A stretch of 64,000 nt of DNA from Octopus vulgaris (Eukaryota). Each line of letters begins with the position of its first letter. The stretch's first letter is position 1. This document shows, one piece after another, positions 1 through 11,809 of the stretch. Position numbers and translations under genes: made by a program. The notes below the pieces were generated by a model. It was not told where the DNA came from, made no database searches, and saw only the letters and a program-made list of their open reading frames with translations. Where the stretch lies: assembly GCA_951406725.2 (NCBI GenBank), contig OX597840.1:186001-250000 (forward strand), in the 5' to 3' direction.

Positions 1-339
1 GCATACATACACCATTCACCCTCTCCACACATATGCACACGCACACACACATGCGCACGCATACGCACGCCACACGCACTCACAGAGCCATATCTACATA
101 AGCTAAAGGACATAATATTAATTTTTCATAAAATTTTATGGGTAAAAAGTTAAATTGATTAAAAATCTTGAAAATTATGAAAAAAAAAAAAAATAGAACG
201 AAAAAAGTTGAAAGAAAAAATTACTATATTTCCATAAATGGTAATATATAGCTTATAGTGAATGCGTGGGAGAGTGCGGAAGGAGAGTAAGGAGTAATGT
301 AGGGAAGGTCTGCGGAGGGTGACGTTTTATTAGTTGACA

Positions 340-374
340 TGAGTGGGTGTATGTGTGTGTACGTGTGTGTATGT

Positions 375-413
<39 letters not shown>

Positions 414-614
414 GTAGAGTGGGAAGATTGGTTAGGTGTAGCAGGGAGAGATGTGCGGTCTGAAAAGGAAAGATAGTGTTGGGGAGAGAGAGAGAGAAAG
501 AGAGGGTGGAGAGGGAGAGAGGAAGAGAGATAGGTGGAGATAGAGAAGGTGAGAAATAGAGGGGGAGAGAGAGAGGAAAAGAGTGAAAGAGATAGATGGA
601 AATAGGAGACAAAG

Positions 615-645
<31 letters not shown>

Positions 646-1010
646 AAGATAAGGATGGAGATTGAGAAGAGGAGAAATAGGGTAGCGAGAGAATGAGAGA
701 GAGAGAGAGAGAGAAGAAGAGAAAGACAGGAAAAGTGATGGAAAATGAGAGGGAGAGGGAGAGAGGGAGATAGAGGAGAAGGAGAGAAGAAACAGTAAAA
801 AGGAGCAAGGGAGAGAGGAAAAGAGAGTGAGAGAAACAGGGAGCGGAAGAGAGACAGAGAAAGAGAGAGATATAAAGAAAGGAGCTGAAGAAGAGAAAAG
901 AGAAAGTGTATGAGAGAAATAAAAAAGAGAGCGAAAGTGAAAGAGAGAGAGAGAGTGTATGTGAGAATGAAACGAAAGATAGATAGACAGATAGAGAGAG
1001 TGAGACAGAG
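340..1010. repeat. (GT)n followed by a long degenerate (GA)n/purine-rich low-complexity tract
   Basis: Direct reading of the sequence; source of the spurious SLSL ORFs 224..1093 and 253..1074. Confidence 0.95.
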
Positions 1011-1022
1011 GTATATATAAAC

Positions 1023-1252
1023 TGTTGTGTCTGGGGAGAGGCATTTTCTTTTTGTGCCTTGTAATGTAACACACTCACCGGTAAAATTTCCACTTATTTC
1101 TTATTTTTATTTTCGTAAAGACTATTGAAAAGGTTGCAAGACGCAACGAAAATTTTAGGAAAATAAAAATAAGAAATCAGTGGAAATTTTCCCGGTGAGT
1201 GTGTTACATTATAAAGGCAAAAAAAAGAAAATGACTCTCCCCAGACACAACA
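1023..1252. repeat. Interspersed repeat in inverted (fold-back) arrangement, possibly a PLE terminal fragment
   Basis: CTGTTGTGTCTGGGGAGA...TTTTC (1023-1113) is followed by its reverse complement (about 1159-1252). The same family recurs at 15393-15525 (+) and about 53920-54010 (-). Confidence 0.75.
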
Positions 1253-1329
1253 GAATATGCTTCAACACACGAACTCATATAAAGAAACTTGCAAACCAAA
1301 TCCAAAAACGAAATATATATATATATAAC

Positions 1330-1592
1330 AAATTAATAAATAAAACATATGCATATATACATACATATATGTACGTACCTACATCTACATGTATATATAC
1401 ATGCATATATGGGTATAGGACACCCCCCCAAAAAAAACGTCGAATACAATGAGAAACGAAAACATAAACACAAAACCAAGGAACTGGACATTTTTCTTAA
1501 ACAACGAAAAAATAGAGTACAAGACATACAATACAAGGAAAATTCCCCTTCTTCAGTCGCCTCTGTTTCATCTACTCCACGTTTCGAGACAA
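1330..1592. repeat. Interspersed repeat, second copy at about 41194-41433
   Basis: Near-colinear match (...GAGAAACGAAAACATAAACACAAAACCAAGG...CCCTTCTTCAGTCGCC...CCACGTTTCGA); both copies lie next to (TA)n. Confidence 0.8.
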
Positions 1593-1622
1593 AACGCACG
1601 CTTCCATTTCTGAGTAAGTCTG

Positions 1623-1664
<42 letters not shown>

Positions 1665-1682
1665 TTTCTCTTTTCTCTTTTC

Positions 1683-2074
1683 TCTTTTACTTGTTTCAGT
1701 CATTTGACTGCGGCCATGCTGGAGCACCGCCTTTAATCGAGCAACTCGACCCCGGGACTTATTCTTTGTAAGCCCAGTACTTATTCTATCAGTCTCTTTT
1801 TGCCGAACCGCTAAGTAACGGGGGACATGAACACACCAGCATCGGTTGTCAAGCGATGCTAGGGGGACAAACACAGACACACAAACACACATATATATAT
1901 ATACATATATACGACAGGCTTCTTTCAGTTTCCGTCTACCAAATCCACTCACAAGGCATTGGTCGGCCCGGGGCTATAGCAGAAGACACTTGCCCAAGGT
2001 GCCGCGCAGTGGCACTGAACCCGGAACCATGTGGTTGGTTAGTAAGCTACTTACCACACAGCCACTCCTGCGCC
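1683..2074 (-). mobile_element. SINE family A (tRNA-derived head, CCTTGGGCAAGT central motif, internal TA/TG tract), full length
   Basis: Reverse complement begins GGCGCAGGAGTGGCTGTGTGG (A box) with GGTTCAGT (B box) and ends ...GACTGAAACAAGTAAAAGA; matches copies at 14928, 44978 and 53457. Confidence 0.92.
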
Positions 2075-2179
2075 TATATATATAGGAATCCTAGAAGGTC
2101 AATGGTCAGGATCACTAAAATCTATCAAGGGAATGCCTGCAATGAATCCATAGGGGTGGTGGCCATGGTTGTGTAGCCA

Positions 2180-2214
<35 letters not shown>

Positions 2215-2215
<1 letters not shown>

Positions 2216-2695
2216 AGTCTTGTATCCTTTTATTAATTTCAGCCATGCAGCTGCGGTCGTGCTGGATCACCATCGTGGTTAAAGAGATTGATGTTCAGCC
2301 GGCGACTATTCACAGGCGCGATCTCTCTACAGCGTGACATGGGGCTTTCGCCTGTTGCATTTCCGCACTGGGCTGAATCAACCAACCTCAGACAATCTGG
2401 CCCTGTTGAGCTCATTCTCCGGCACCATGTTGCTGTTGAGCTTAGCGTGGACTTTATTACAACACTGTTTTGTATATGGGTATTGTTATCATATGGGTAT
2501 GTGGGTAATTTGAAAATATTTCCCGGAGTATCGATCGTGTCCTGCATAGCTACGGGTTGCCCTTTGGTAAAGTATAACACCCGTTCAGCCACCCTGCCAG
2601 GGATACGGTGAAGTCATGGGACTGTAGCGGATTGTGAAGGCGAAGCGGGAGAGTTCATTTGAAGCAATGGTGTTTCTTACAATGAAGTTGAGTGG
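2215..2695 (-). mobile_element. Putative non-LTR retroelement 3' fragment sharing the family A 3' tail, flanked by 99-bp direct repeats
   Basis: Minus-strand end GGTGATCCAGCACGACCGCAG...GGCTGAAATTAATAAAAG resembles the SINE A tail GGTGCTCCAGCATGGCCGCAG...ACTGAAAC; 2084-2182 equals 2696-2794. Confidence 0.45.
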
Positions 2696-2845
2696 AGGAA
2701 TCCTAGAAGGTCAATGGTCAGGATCACTAAAATCTATCAAGGGAATGCCTGCAATGAATCCATAGGGGTGGTGGCCATGGTTGTGTAGCCAGAAAATGAA
2801 ATATTCACTATGACTCGAGGTCCCAATTCAAATTTATACTAATCT

Positions 2846-3055
2846 TTTCTACTCTAGGAACAAGGCCCGAAACTTTGGGCGAGGGATCCAGTCGATTAGA
2901 TCGACCCCAGTACGCAGCTGGTACTTAATTTATCAACCTCGAAAGGATGAAAGGCAAAGTCGACCTCGGGGAATTTGAACTCAGAACGTAGCTGCAGACG
3001 AAATACCGCTAAGCATTTCTCCCGGCGTGCTAACGATTCTGCCAGCTCGTCCGCC
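2846..3055 (-). mobile_element. SINE family B monomer (short-tail variant)
   Basis: Reverse complement contains GAGCTGGCAGAATCGTTAGC, B box GAGTTCAAATTCC and GACTTTGCCTTTCATCCTTTCG. Confidence 0.9.
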
Positions 3056-3790
3056 TTTAAAATTTATGATAATGAAATTGGATGGGAATCTTCGAAAGCT
3101 GCGTAACCGAAGATATTGTTGTCATGATTATCCATCAGTTTTTACAGGGTGTACGTTTTCTTATCTGGTTTATTCTTTTTATGTTCTGTGTTGTAGTGTA
3201 TTTCAAGACACACCTTGCTGAAAACGCATGGTGAGTCGACTGAAGGGATGATTTACGTTGGTTTGTAACTCCTACACATTATCAGTGTGTTTATTAAAGT
3301 GCACAGTCAGTCAACTAGCGAACGTCGTATCAGTATGGCCTAATTGCTAGCTTCATGAAATTTGCAACATTCAACTTTACAATTGAATTTATCAATCACA
3401 TTCGTCCTTAATAGATTGTTCAACGGTTTAGAAGCACATGGCTTCGTCTATTCTATAGCTCACATGTATTTCCTTCATACAATAACAATTTGCACTTTAT
3501 TTGTAGTTTGTGTATTTCTAATTAGTAAGCTATCTAATGTATTCGTGGCGTTGAATTATTCTAGGGTTTCGCCTATTAGTTCATTAGAATATCCATTGTT
3601 AATTAGTGCTTAATTTATTCTAAACATTTCCTTATTTAGTGTAACGTTTGTGGACGAGTATCTAAATACAGTTCTCATTAACACTATTAACACCGGCATT
3701 TTGTATTTATCTGAACAATCATTTAACCCATGTATAATCTGCACTGTAAGATGTACTCAATGATTCCGACTCCAGTGGCTATATAACATC

Positions 3791-4350
3791 AGTTGTGTGG
3801 TAAGAAGCTCGCTTCTTACCACACAACTATGGTTGTGTGGCAGAAACGTTAGCAAGACGGGCGAAATGCTTAGCGGTATTTCGTCTTCCGTTATGTTCTG
3901 AGTTCAAATTCCGCTGAGGTCGACTTTGCCTTTCATCCTTTCAGGGTCGATAAATTGAGCACCAGTTACACACTGGAGTCGATGTAATCGAATTAATCCC
4001 TAAGTCTGTCCTTGTTTGTCCCATCTGTGTGTAGCTCCTTGTGGGTAATAAAGAAATAGGTATTTCGTTTGCCGTTACGTTCTGAGTTCAAATTCCGCCG
4101 AGGTCGACTTTGCCTTTCATCCTTTCAGGGTCGATAGATTAAGTACCAGTTACGTACTGGAGTCAATGTAATCGACTTAATCTCTAAGTCTGTCCTTGTT
4201 TGTTTCCTCTGTGTTTAGCCCCTTGTGGGCAGTAAAGAAGTAAGAAGCTCGCTTCCCAATCACATGGTTCACCGTTCAGTCCCTGTGCGCGGCACATCTT
4301 TAAGGCAGTGCCCCAGCAGGTCCGCAGTCAAAGATGACTGAAATACGATA
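3791..4350 (+). mobile_element. Degenerate SINE A interrupted by a dimeric SINE B (about 3838-4239) with a 16-bp TSD
   Basis: TSD GTAAGAAGCTCGCTTC at 3800-3815 and 4240-4255; two ~185-bp B units between them; SINE A head and tail motifs on either side. Confidence 0.88.
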
Positions 4351-4443
4351 AAAAAAAACAAAAGTCATATATATATATATATATCTGTTGTTTATACATA
4401 CATACATACATTTCTAAAATAATTTTATCATAAAAAACATTTT

Positions 4444-4480
4444 AGTACCGGTTTCAGTCATTAAGGCCTTTTCAACTGTA
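4444..4480 (-). ncRNA. Minimal type I hammerhead ribozyme motif, U3-A8 variant
   Basis: Minus strand reads CAG-TTGAAAA-GGCCTTAATGACT-GAAAC-CG-GTA-CT; palindromic stem III, weak stem I. Confidence 0.5.
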
Positions 4481-4629
4481 AGTGTGGAAAACAATTAAAT
4501 TTTGGAAAAATTAAATGAACAGTTTTTTAAAAGAATATTTGCATAGTATTCAAATACAAGGGATATTTCTCTCCTTTTTACCCTTGTGGGTTCGAGGTCA
4601 TTGTGAATTCTTGGCAGGGAATGATGATG

Positions 4630-4681
<52 letters not shown>

Positions 4682-4775
4682 GATAAAGAAGAAGGAGAGA
4701 AAGAATAATAAAAGAATGCCGGAGTGGTATGATTCGAGTAGGATGTTAAATGGTCGTATATATATATATGTATAT

Positions 4776-4899
4776 TATATGTATCAAAAGAAAAGCAGGA
4801 CGCAAAAGATTGTGCGGTACATATGTTTCTGGCTTTATTGAACTATTTATATCAATGCATAACAATCCTTTGCGTCCTATTTTTCTTTTGATACATATA
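4776..4899. repeat. Inverted repeat island containing a hammerhead 3' half
   Basis: Arms 4776-4813 and 4862-4899 are reverse complementary; the spacer reads GAAAC-ATAT-GTA on the minus strand. Confidence 0.65.
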
Positions 4900-4956
4900 T
4901 CCTATCACCTATACCACTAGCAGGCATATACTGGTGCCTACAGTTATCATGTATTC

Positions 4957-5024
<68 letters not shown>

Positions 5025-5026
<2 letters not shown>

Positions 5027-5451
5027 AATAATTGAATGAATTATCTTATTATTCGAAAGATAACCGATACCTGGGTAGCAAATTCACATCAGAAAGAACA
5101 CGGTTGAAGCTACGTCCCTAGGGCATAGACTACGTGTCTTCGTGCGGAAATGTGTATGTTTATTTTAAAATTATAAGTATTTGAAAGAATGGAGTTGAAC
5201 GACTAGTTAACAAATATCCTTTATTCTCGACATATGTTTCGAAGGCTGCATATTCCTAATTCCGAAGGAATAAGGAGTACATTATGCAGATTTCCCGTCA
5301 GGAAAATCAAGGAACTTATGTCGACATCAAAATGCACAAAAATCTGCATAATGTACTCCTTATTCCTTCGGAATTAGGAATATGCAGCCTTCGAAACATA
5401 TGTCGAGAATAAAGGATATTTGTTAACTAGTCGTTCAACACCATTCTTTCA
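5025..5451 (-). mobile_element. PLE-type terminal fragment with inverted duplication and hammerhead motif, inserted in (TA)n
   Basis: 5183-5292 is inverted at 5339-5450. Minus strand reads TTTTC-CTGACGG-(long stem II)-GAAAC-ATAT-GTC-GAGAA. A related copy lies at 40895-41143. Confidence 0.7.
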
Positions 5452-5456
5452 TATAC

Positions 5457-5524
<68 letters not shown>

Positions 5525-5770
5525 TATGTATAGATGTATGAATGTATGTATGTATATATGTTATATGTTTATATATATGTATATATATACATCTCTTGAT
5601 TTAGGACGATCGGCTGTGTTGTATCTTTGGAGTTTGAAAGATTGCTTGGAAACATAAGTCAGGCTATACAAACATTGCCACTTTATGTTTACACAGTACC
5701 AAACCAGCAGTAGCTGGAAGTGTATATTAACTGATATATAATTATTTATGGCTACATATAATTAAATACA

Positions 5771-5837
<67 letters not shown>

Positions 5838-5939
5838 TTGTATATATGTGTCTGTGAGTGTGTGTATACATGTATTTGTATGTGTGCATATATATGTATA
5901 CTTGGAAATGGATGCGTGGTGTTCATTCAAATATTAATA

Positions 5940-6372
<433 letters not shown>

Positions 6373-6529
6373 ACCGTTAATTAGATCAGCCCCCCCCGCC
6401 ACCACCATCGTTGCCGTTCTCCAATGCCCTTCAGCACCTCTTTCGACTATTTTGCTATCATCACTTCCTTAATGGAACGTAGCAATTAATTATAGGTATT
6501 TTGGATGGGTGGGGCAGGTGGGCAGAGGG

Positions 6530-7750
6530 ATGTTGTAGTGGTGGTGGTACGGGTGGTGGCGATGATGGTATTGGTAGTTGTAATGGTTATGGTGGTGCTT
6601 TTTGTTATGGGCTGGGGGTTGTAGACATGGTTGTAGTGTTGGTGGGTGTTGTTGTGGTGGTGGTAGTGGTGGTGGTAGTGGTGGGGTAGTGGTGGTGGTG
6701 GTGGTGATGGCGGCGTTGGTAGTGGTTGTGGTTGTAGTGGTGGTGGTGATGGCGGCGTTGGTAGTGGTTGTGGTGATGGTGGTAGTGGTTGAAATAGATG
6801 GAGATAGTTGTGTTGGTGGTGATGGAGATGGTGTTGGTAGTAGTTGTGGTTATAATGGTGTTGGTGATGGCGGTGTTGGTGGTGGTTTAGTTGTAGTGGT
6901 GGTGGTAGTGATGGTAGTGTTGTCGTCGGTAGTGGTTTTGGTCGTAGTGGTGGTGGTGATGGCGGCGTTGCTAGTGTTTGTGGTGATGGTGGTAGTGGCT
7001 GAAATGGATGGAGATTGTTGTGTTGGTGGTGTTTGTGGTGGTAGTTGTGGTGATAGTAGCGTTGTTATTGGTGTTGGTTGTGGTTGTAGAGGTGGTGTTG
7101 CTTGGTTATAGTTGGTAGTTATGGTGGTGGAGTTATTACCGTAGTAGTGGTGTGCGTTGTAGTGGTAGTAAATATTGTTGCGGTTGTGGTGGTGGTAGTG
7201 GTGGTGGTGGTGATTGTGCTGGTGTAGTTTGATGGTTGTGGTGGTATTTGTAATGGCGTTGGTACTTGCAGATATGGTAGTTGTGGTAGTGGTGGTGATG
7301 GTAGCTATGGCAGTAATTGAGGACGTCCTGGTGGTAGTAGCAGTGAAGGTGCCAGGTGTGGTGGTAGTGGTGGTAGTGGTAGTGATGGTGATAGTGGTAT
7401 TGGTAATAGTGGTGGTGGTGGTAGTATTGGTTGTGGTAGTGATGGTAGTCGTTGTGGTGGTGGTAGTAGTGTGGTATTGTGGTGGTGGTAGTGGTGGTGG
7501 TAGTATTGGTTGTGGTAGTGGTGTTAGTCGTTGTGGTGGTGGTAGTGGTGGTAGTAGTGGTGGTGGTGGTAGTGGTGGTAGTGGTGGTTGTGGGGTGGTT
7601 GTGGGGTGGTAGTGGTAGTGGTGATGGTAGTGGTGGTGGCTGTGGTGGAGTTAGAATCTGTAGTGGTAATGGTGGTAGTGTTAGTGATTGTCGTTGTAGT
7701 ATAGGCTGTAATGGTGGTTGTGGTGGTGGTGGTGGTGGTGGTGATGTCTG
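6530..7750. repeat. Degenerate (GGT/GTA)n trinucleotide tract with internal local duplications
   Basis: Direct reading; GTGATGGCGGCGTTG recurs at about 6702, 6746 and 6956. Confidence 0.93.
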
Positions 7751-8159
7751 TTGGTAGTATTACTGTTAATAAAGAGGAAGTAATGATAGTTGTATAGGCA
7801 CTAGTATTCGTGGTATCGGAAGCAGTTGTAGTGTTGTGTTGTTATTACTGTTGCTGTTGTTGTTGGTGGTGGTGAGGATGGTGATGTTGGAGGATTAACC
7901 TTAAATAGGATTTGATCATGGAGCCCTGTGCTGAAAGACGTTCCAACCAGGACTCTCTCGTCTTGTTAAAGGGCTTCTACAAATACAATCATCCATTGTG
8001 TCCTTCCTTTATACAATTCAATGTTTCTCAACCCGTTTTCTTTTACCTGTGGACCCTTTTGGCTCCTGTTTTATTCACATGGACCCTCGAAGCAATTTTA
8101 TATTTAAAAAAGAACACAACAACGCCATTTGTCCTGTTACAATTGAAAAGCCGCGCCGC

Positions 8160-9257
8160 CATCACCATCACTACCATCACCAACACCAACAACACAAGGG
8201 CCATCACCAATAGCCCCCAGCATCATCACCACCACCATAAAGAACACTACCACCACCACCACCACCACCACCACCACCACAACCAACTCAACTACCACAA
8301 AGACCGCCACCACCACCACCACGACCAACTCAACTACCACAAAGACCGCCACCACCACCACTACCACCACAAAGACCACCACCACTACCACCACAAAGAC
8401 CACCACCACCACCACCTCAACTACCACAAAGACTGCCACCACCACCACTACCACCACAAAGACCACCACCACCACCACTACGACCACAAAGACCACCACC
8501 ACCTCAACTACCACAAAGACTGCCACCACCACCACTACCACCACAAAGACCACCACCACCACTACCACCACAAAGACCACCACCATCTCAACTACCACAA
8601 AGACCAACACCACCACCACCTCAACTACCACAAAGACCGCCACCACCACCACCACCACCACCACCACCACCACCACAAAGACCACCACCACTACCACCAC
8701 AACTACCACAAAGACCACCACCACCACCACCTCAACTACCACAAAGACCGCCACCACCACCACTACCACCTCAAAGACCACCACCACCACCACCACCACC
8801 ACCACCACCACCACCACCACCACCACCACAAAGACCACCATCACTACCACGTCAACTACCACAAAGAACGCCACCACCGCCACTACCACCACAAAGACCA
8901 CCACCACCTCAACTACCGCAAAGACCACCACCACCACCACCTCAACTACCACAAAGACCGCCACCATCACCACCTGTGACACAACTGCACAACAACCGTC
9001 AACAAAACTACCACCAAAACCACATCGGCCACCACCACTACCAGCCGAACCGACACCACCGATACCACCACCACCACCAGCACCACCACCAGCACCACCA
9101 CCAGCACCACCACCAGCATCGCCATCACTAACATGTAGCGCGAATGATTTGAAGTAAATTTGGCTGCTATTTCTAATAGATCGGACAACCACATGTGGGA
9201 GTTACCGCTGCTACTACTACTACTACTACTACTACTACTATAACCACCACCACCACC

Positions 9258-9314
<57 letters not shown>

Positions 9315-9320
9315 GCTACT
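8160..9320. repeat. (CAC)n-derived minisatellite with CAAAGAC/CTCAACTAC modules, followed by (CTA)n
   Basis: Direct reading; produces the His-rich ORF 7912..8979. Confidence 0.9.
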
Positions 9321-9746
9321 ACTACCGTTCCGATAGTTGTTGCTGCTATTTCATGAAGGACCTGCTGGCATTATTGATGGCGTGTGTGTGTGCAAGGTAG
9401 GGAGGACCAGTCCATTTGGCAGAAGAGGGGTAAAGGTCAGTACGATGAAGACAAAAAGAAACAACAAAGAAAAAAAAAGAAAAGAAAAGAAAAAGAAAGA
9501 GAAAAGAAAAAGGAAGGATACAGGGGAAGGGGGTGGGCAGTGGAAGGATTGAAACCTTTTCTCTGTGCTTGGGTCAGTTTCAGAAAACAGGTGGACAATG
9601 GCAGCAGCCAAAATCTGGCCAAAATTCCAATTGGCAGAGATTCTTGTTGCAAACGATATTTTGGCAAACGGTGCAGGTATTTGGGCGGGGATGGAATGGC
9701 CAAAAGAGCGCTCGGTCCATATACATACATATACATACGTACATAT

Positions 9747-9860
<114 letters not shown>

Positions 9861-9986
9861 GCATACATACGTACATACATACATATATACATATATACAC
9901 ACATATATACATACATATACATACATATAGATACATATATACATATATGTATATATATGTATGCATATAATAATAATGATAATAAC

Positions 9987-10018
<32 letters not shown>

Positions 10019-10131
10019 TAATAATGATATATATATATATATATATGTATATACACACACATACATACACACAAAGATGAACTCGTATATAAGTGCTTGC
10101 TCTCATATCTATCTATCTATCTATCTATGTA

Positions 10132-10197
<66 letters not shown>

Positions 10198-10212
10198 AAT
10201 ACATTTATATAC

Positions 10213-10247
<35 letters not shown>

Positions 10248-10345
10248 GCACACACATACACGCACATATACATACATATAAGCACTTATATATGCGTATA
10301 TATTTGTGTGTGTGTGTCTGTGTGTGCAAGTATATATATCATATA

Positions 10346-10892
10346 CAGGGGTTGGACAAAATAATAGAAACACCTAGCATCATAGCATAAAACTTTTGAA
10401 ATATCTATAAAACCATCAAAAGCTTGTTTATTTTTACGTTTTTTGATTTATTATTAGTGTTGCTTAATATGTTTTGCTAAAACTGTTGTTTCTTTTCATA
10501 TATCATCAGAAAAAGGTAATTAAAATTCATTAAGTTGACGGGTCTATAGGACTTTCAAAGAGGTCAAATTGTTGGTGCTCGTATGGCAAGCGCTAGCGTA
10601 ACGAAAACAGCCGAAATTTTTGATATATCTCGAAGTACTCTCTCGAAAGTAATAACAGGCTTTGAGAAAGAGGGAAAAACCTCGTCGACACAAAACTCTG
10701 GAAGAAAACCAAAACCCAAAACTTGCAGATAAGGATCATCGGACTCTTACGCGAATTGTTAGAAAAGATCGCAAAAGTACAGCTCCCAAAATTACTACAG
10801 AGCTTAATGACCACCTCGAGAACCCAGTTTCTAAAAAGAAAAAAAAACAATGTTCGCCGGGAGCTGCACAATGCCGGATATGACGGGAGGAC
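10346..10892 (+). mobile_element. Tc1-family DNA transposon 5' part (TIR plus decayed transposase DNA-binding domain)
   Basis: TA|CAGGGGTTGGACAAAATAATAGAAACAC terminus. Translation DFQRGQIVGARMASASVTKTAEIFDISRSTLSKV...SGRK...DHRTLTRIVRKDRKSTAPKITTELN...VRRELHNAGYDGR, with frameshifts and a stop. Confidence 0.9.
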
Positions 10893-11079
10893 TGTATCTG
10901 TGTGTATATGTTTGTGTGTCTGTGTTTGTTCCCCTAATGAATAACAGAATATATATGTATTTGCCTGTTTGTCGCTCCACCATCGCTATATATATATATT
11001 TATATATATATATAAATGGCAAGACAACAAAAGAATGAAAGAGACGATATTATGTTATTGAGGAATTTATCTGTATATA

Positions 11080-11275
11080 TAATATTTGACGATTATTTGG
11101 TAGCCATAATACAACTCCGAGTTTCGGATGTAGGGATGGAAACCCACGCCGGCATCTCTTCAGTTATCCGGCCATCGAAAAATGCCGGATTACTGAAGAG
11201 ATGCGGCGTGGGTTTCCGCCCCGATATCCGAAACTGGGTGTTTTATCATAGCTACCGAATAATTGTCACATATTA
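11080..11275. ncRNA. Palindromic island with head-to-head hammerhead motifs on both strands
   Basis: Arms about 11080-11173 and 11183-11275. Minus strand: GCCGGATAA-CTGAAGA-GATG..CATC-CGAAAC..GTA-TTATGGC. Plus strand: CTGAAGA at 11193, GAAAC at 11230. Confidence 0.65.
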
Positions 11276-11377
11276 TATTTACACACACCCACACATATAT
11301 ATATATATGTGTGTATGTATATATATAATATATCGTATTATTTATTATTTAATTGAATGCGACGCATCCATTTCCAA

Positions 11378-11437
<60 letters not shown>

Positions 11438-11640
11438 AGCTTTTTAATAATTCCTTCTGAAAACTATCTTTAACATTTTCTTGAGAATGTATATTTATGT
11501 TATAATCTTTTATGCCCAATATTTTAATGAACTTGTTAAACTTTTTTATGTCCTTAACATGTTCTTATTACCAAAGACTGTATATATGTATTGTAGCATT
11601 TTGTGTCAACCAATAATTAACACAACCAAACTTTTACATG

Positions 11641-11685
11641 TTACTTTTGACAATCTTTTTCTAAAGAGTGAAACCGGTAAAGTAA
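11641..11685 (+). ncRNA. Type I hammerhead ribozyme motif, U3-A8 core variant
   Basis: TTACTT-TTGACAA-TCTTT(TTCT)AAAGAGT-GAAAC-CG-GTA-AAGTAA: perfect 6-bp stem I, a stem II hairpin and a palindromic stem III. Confidence 0.7.
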
Positions 11686-11766
11686 GTGAGCATCTTTTAA
11701 AATTGCATTTTCAAACCTTCTTTCGTATATAATTCCACTCGTGCGGTGCCTTACAACTCCACTTTG

Positions 11767-11809
<43 letters not shown>

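Noticed and set aside
1545-1615. Hammerhead on the minus strand (GAAACGTG...CTGAAGA; also about 41390-41435)
   Set aside because: GUG is not an NUH triplet and no valid core lies upstream of GAAAC in either copy.
1683-2074. ORFs such as 1856..2176, 53628..53927 and 30905..31415 that resemble database 'hypothetical proteins'
   Set aside because: They lie entirely in SINE A or B copies repeated many times in the window.
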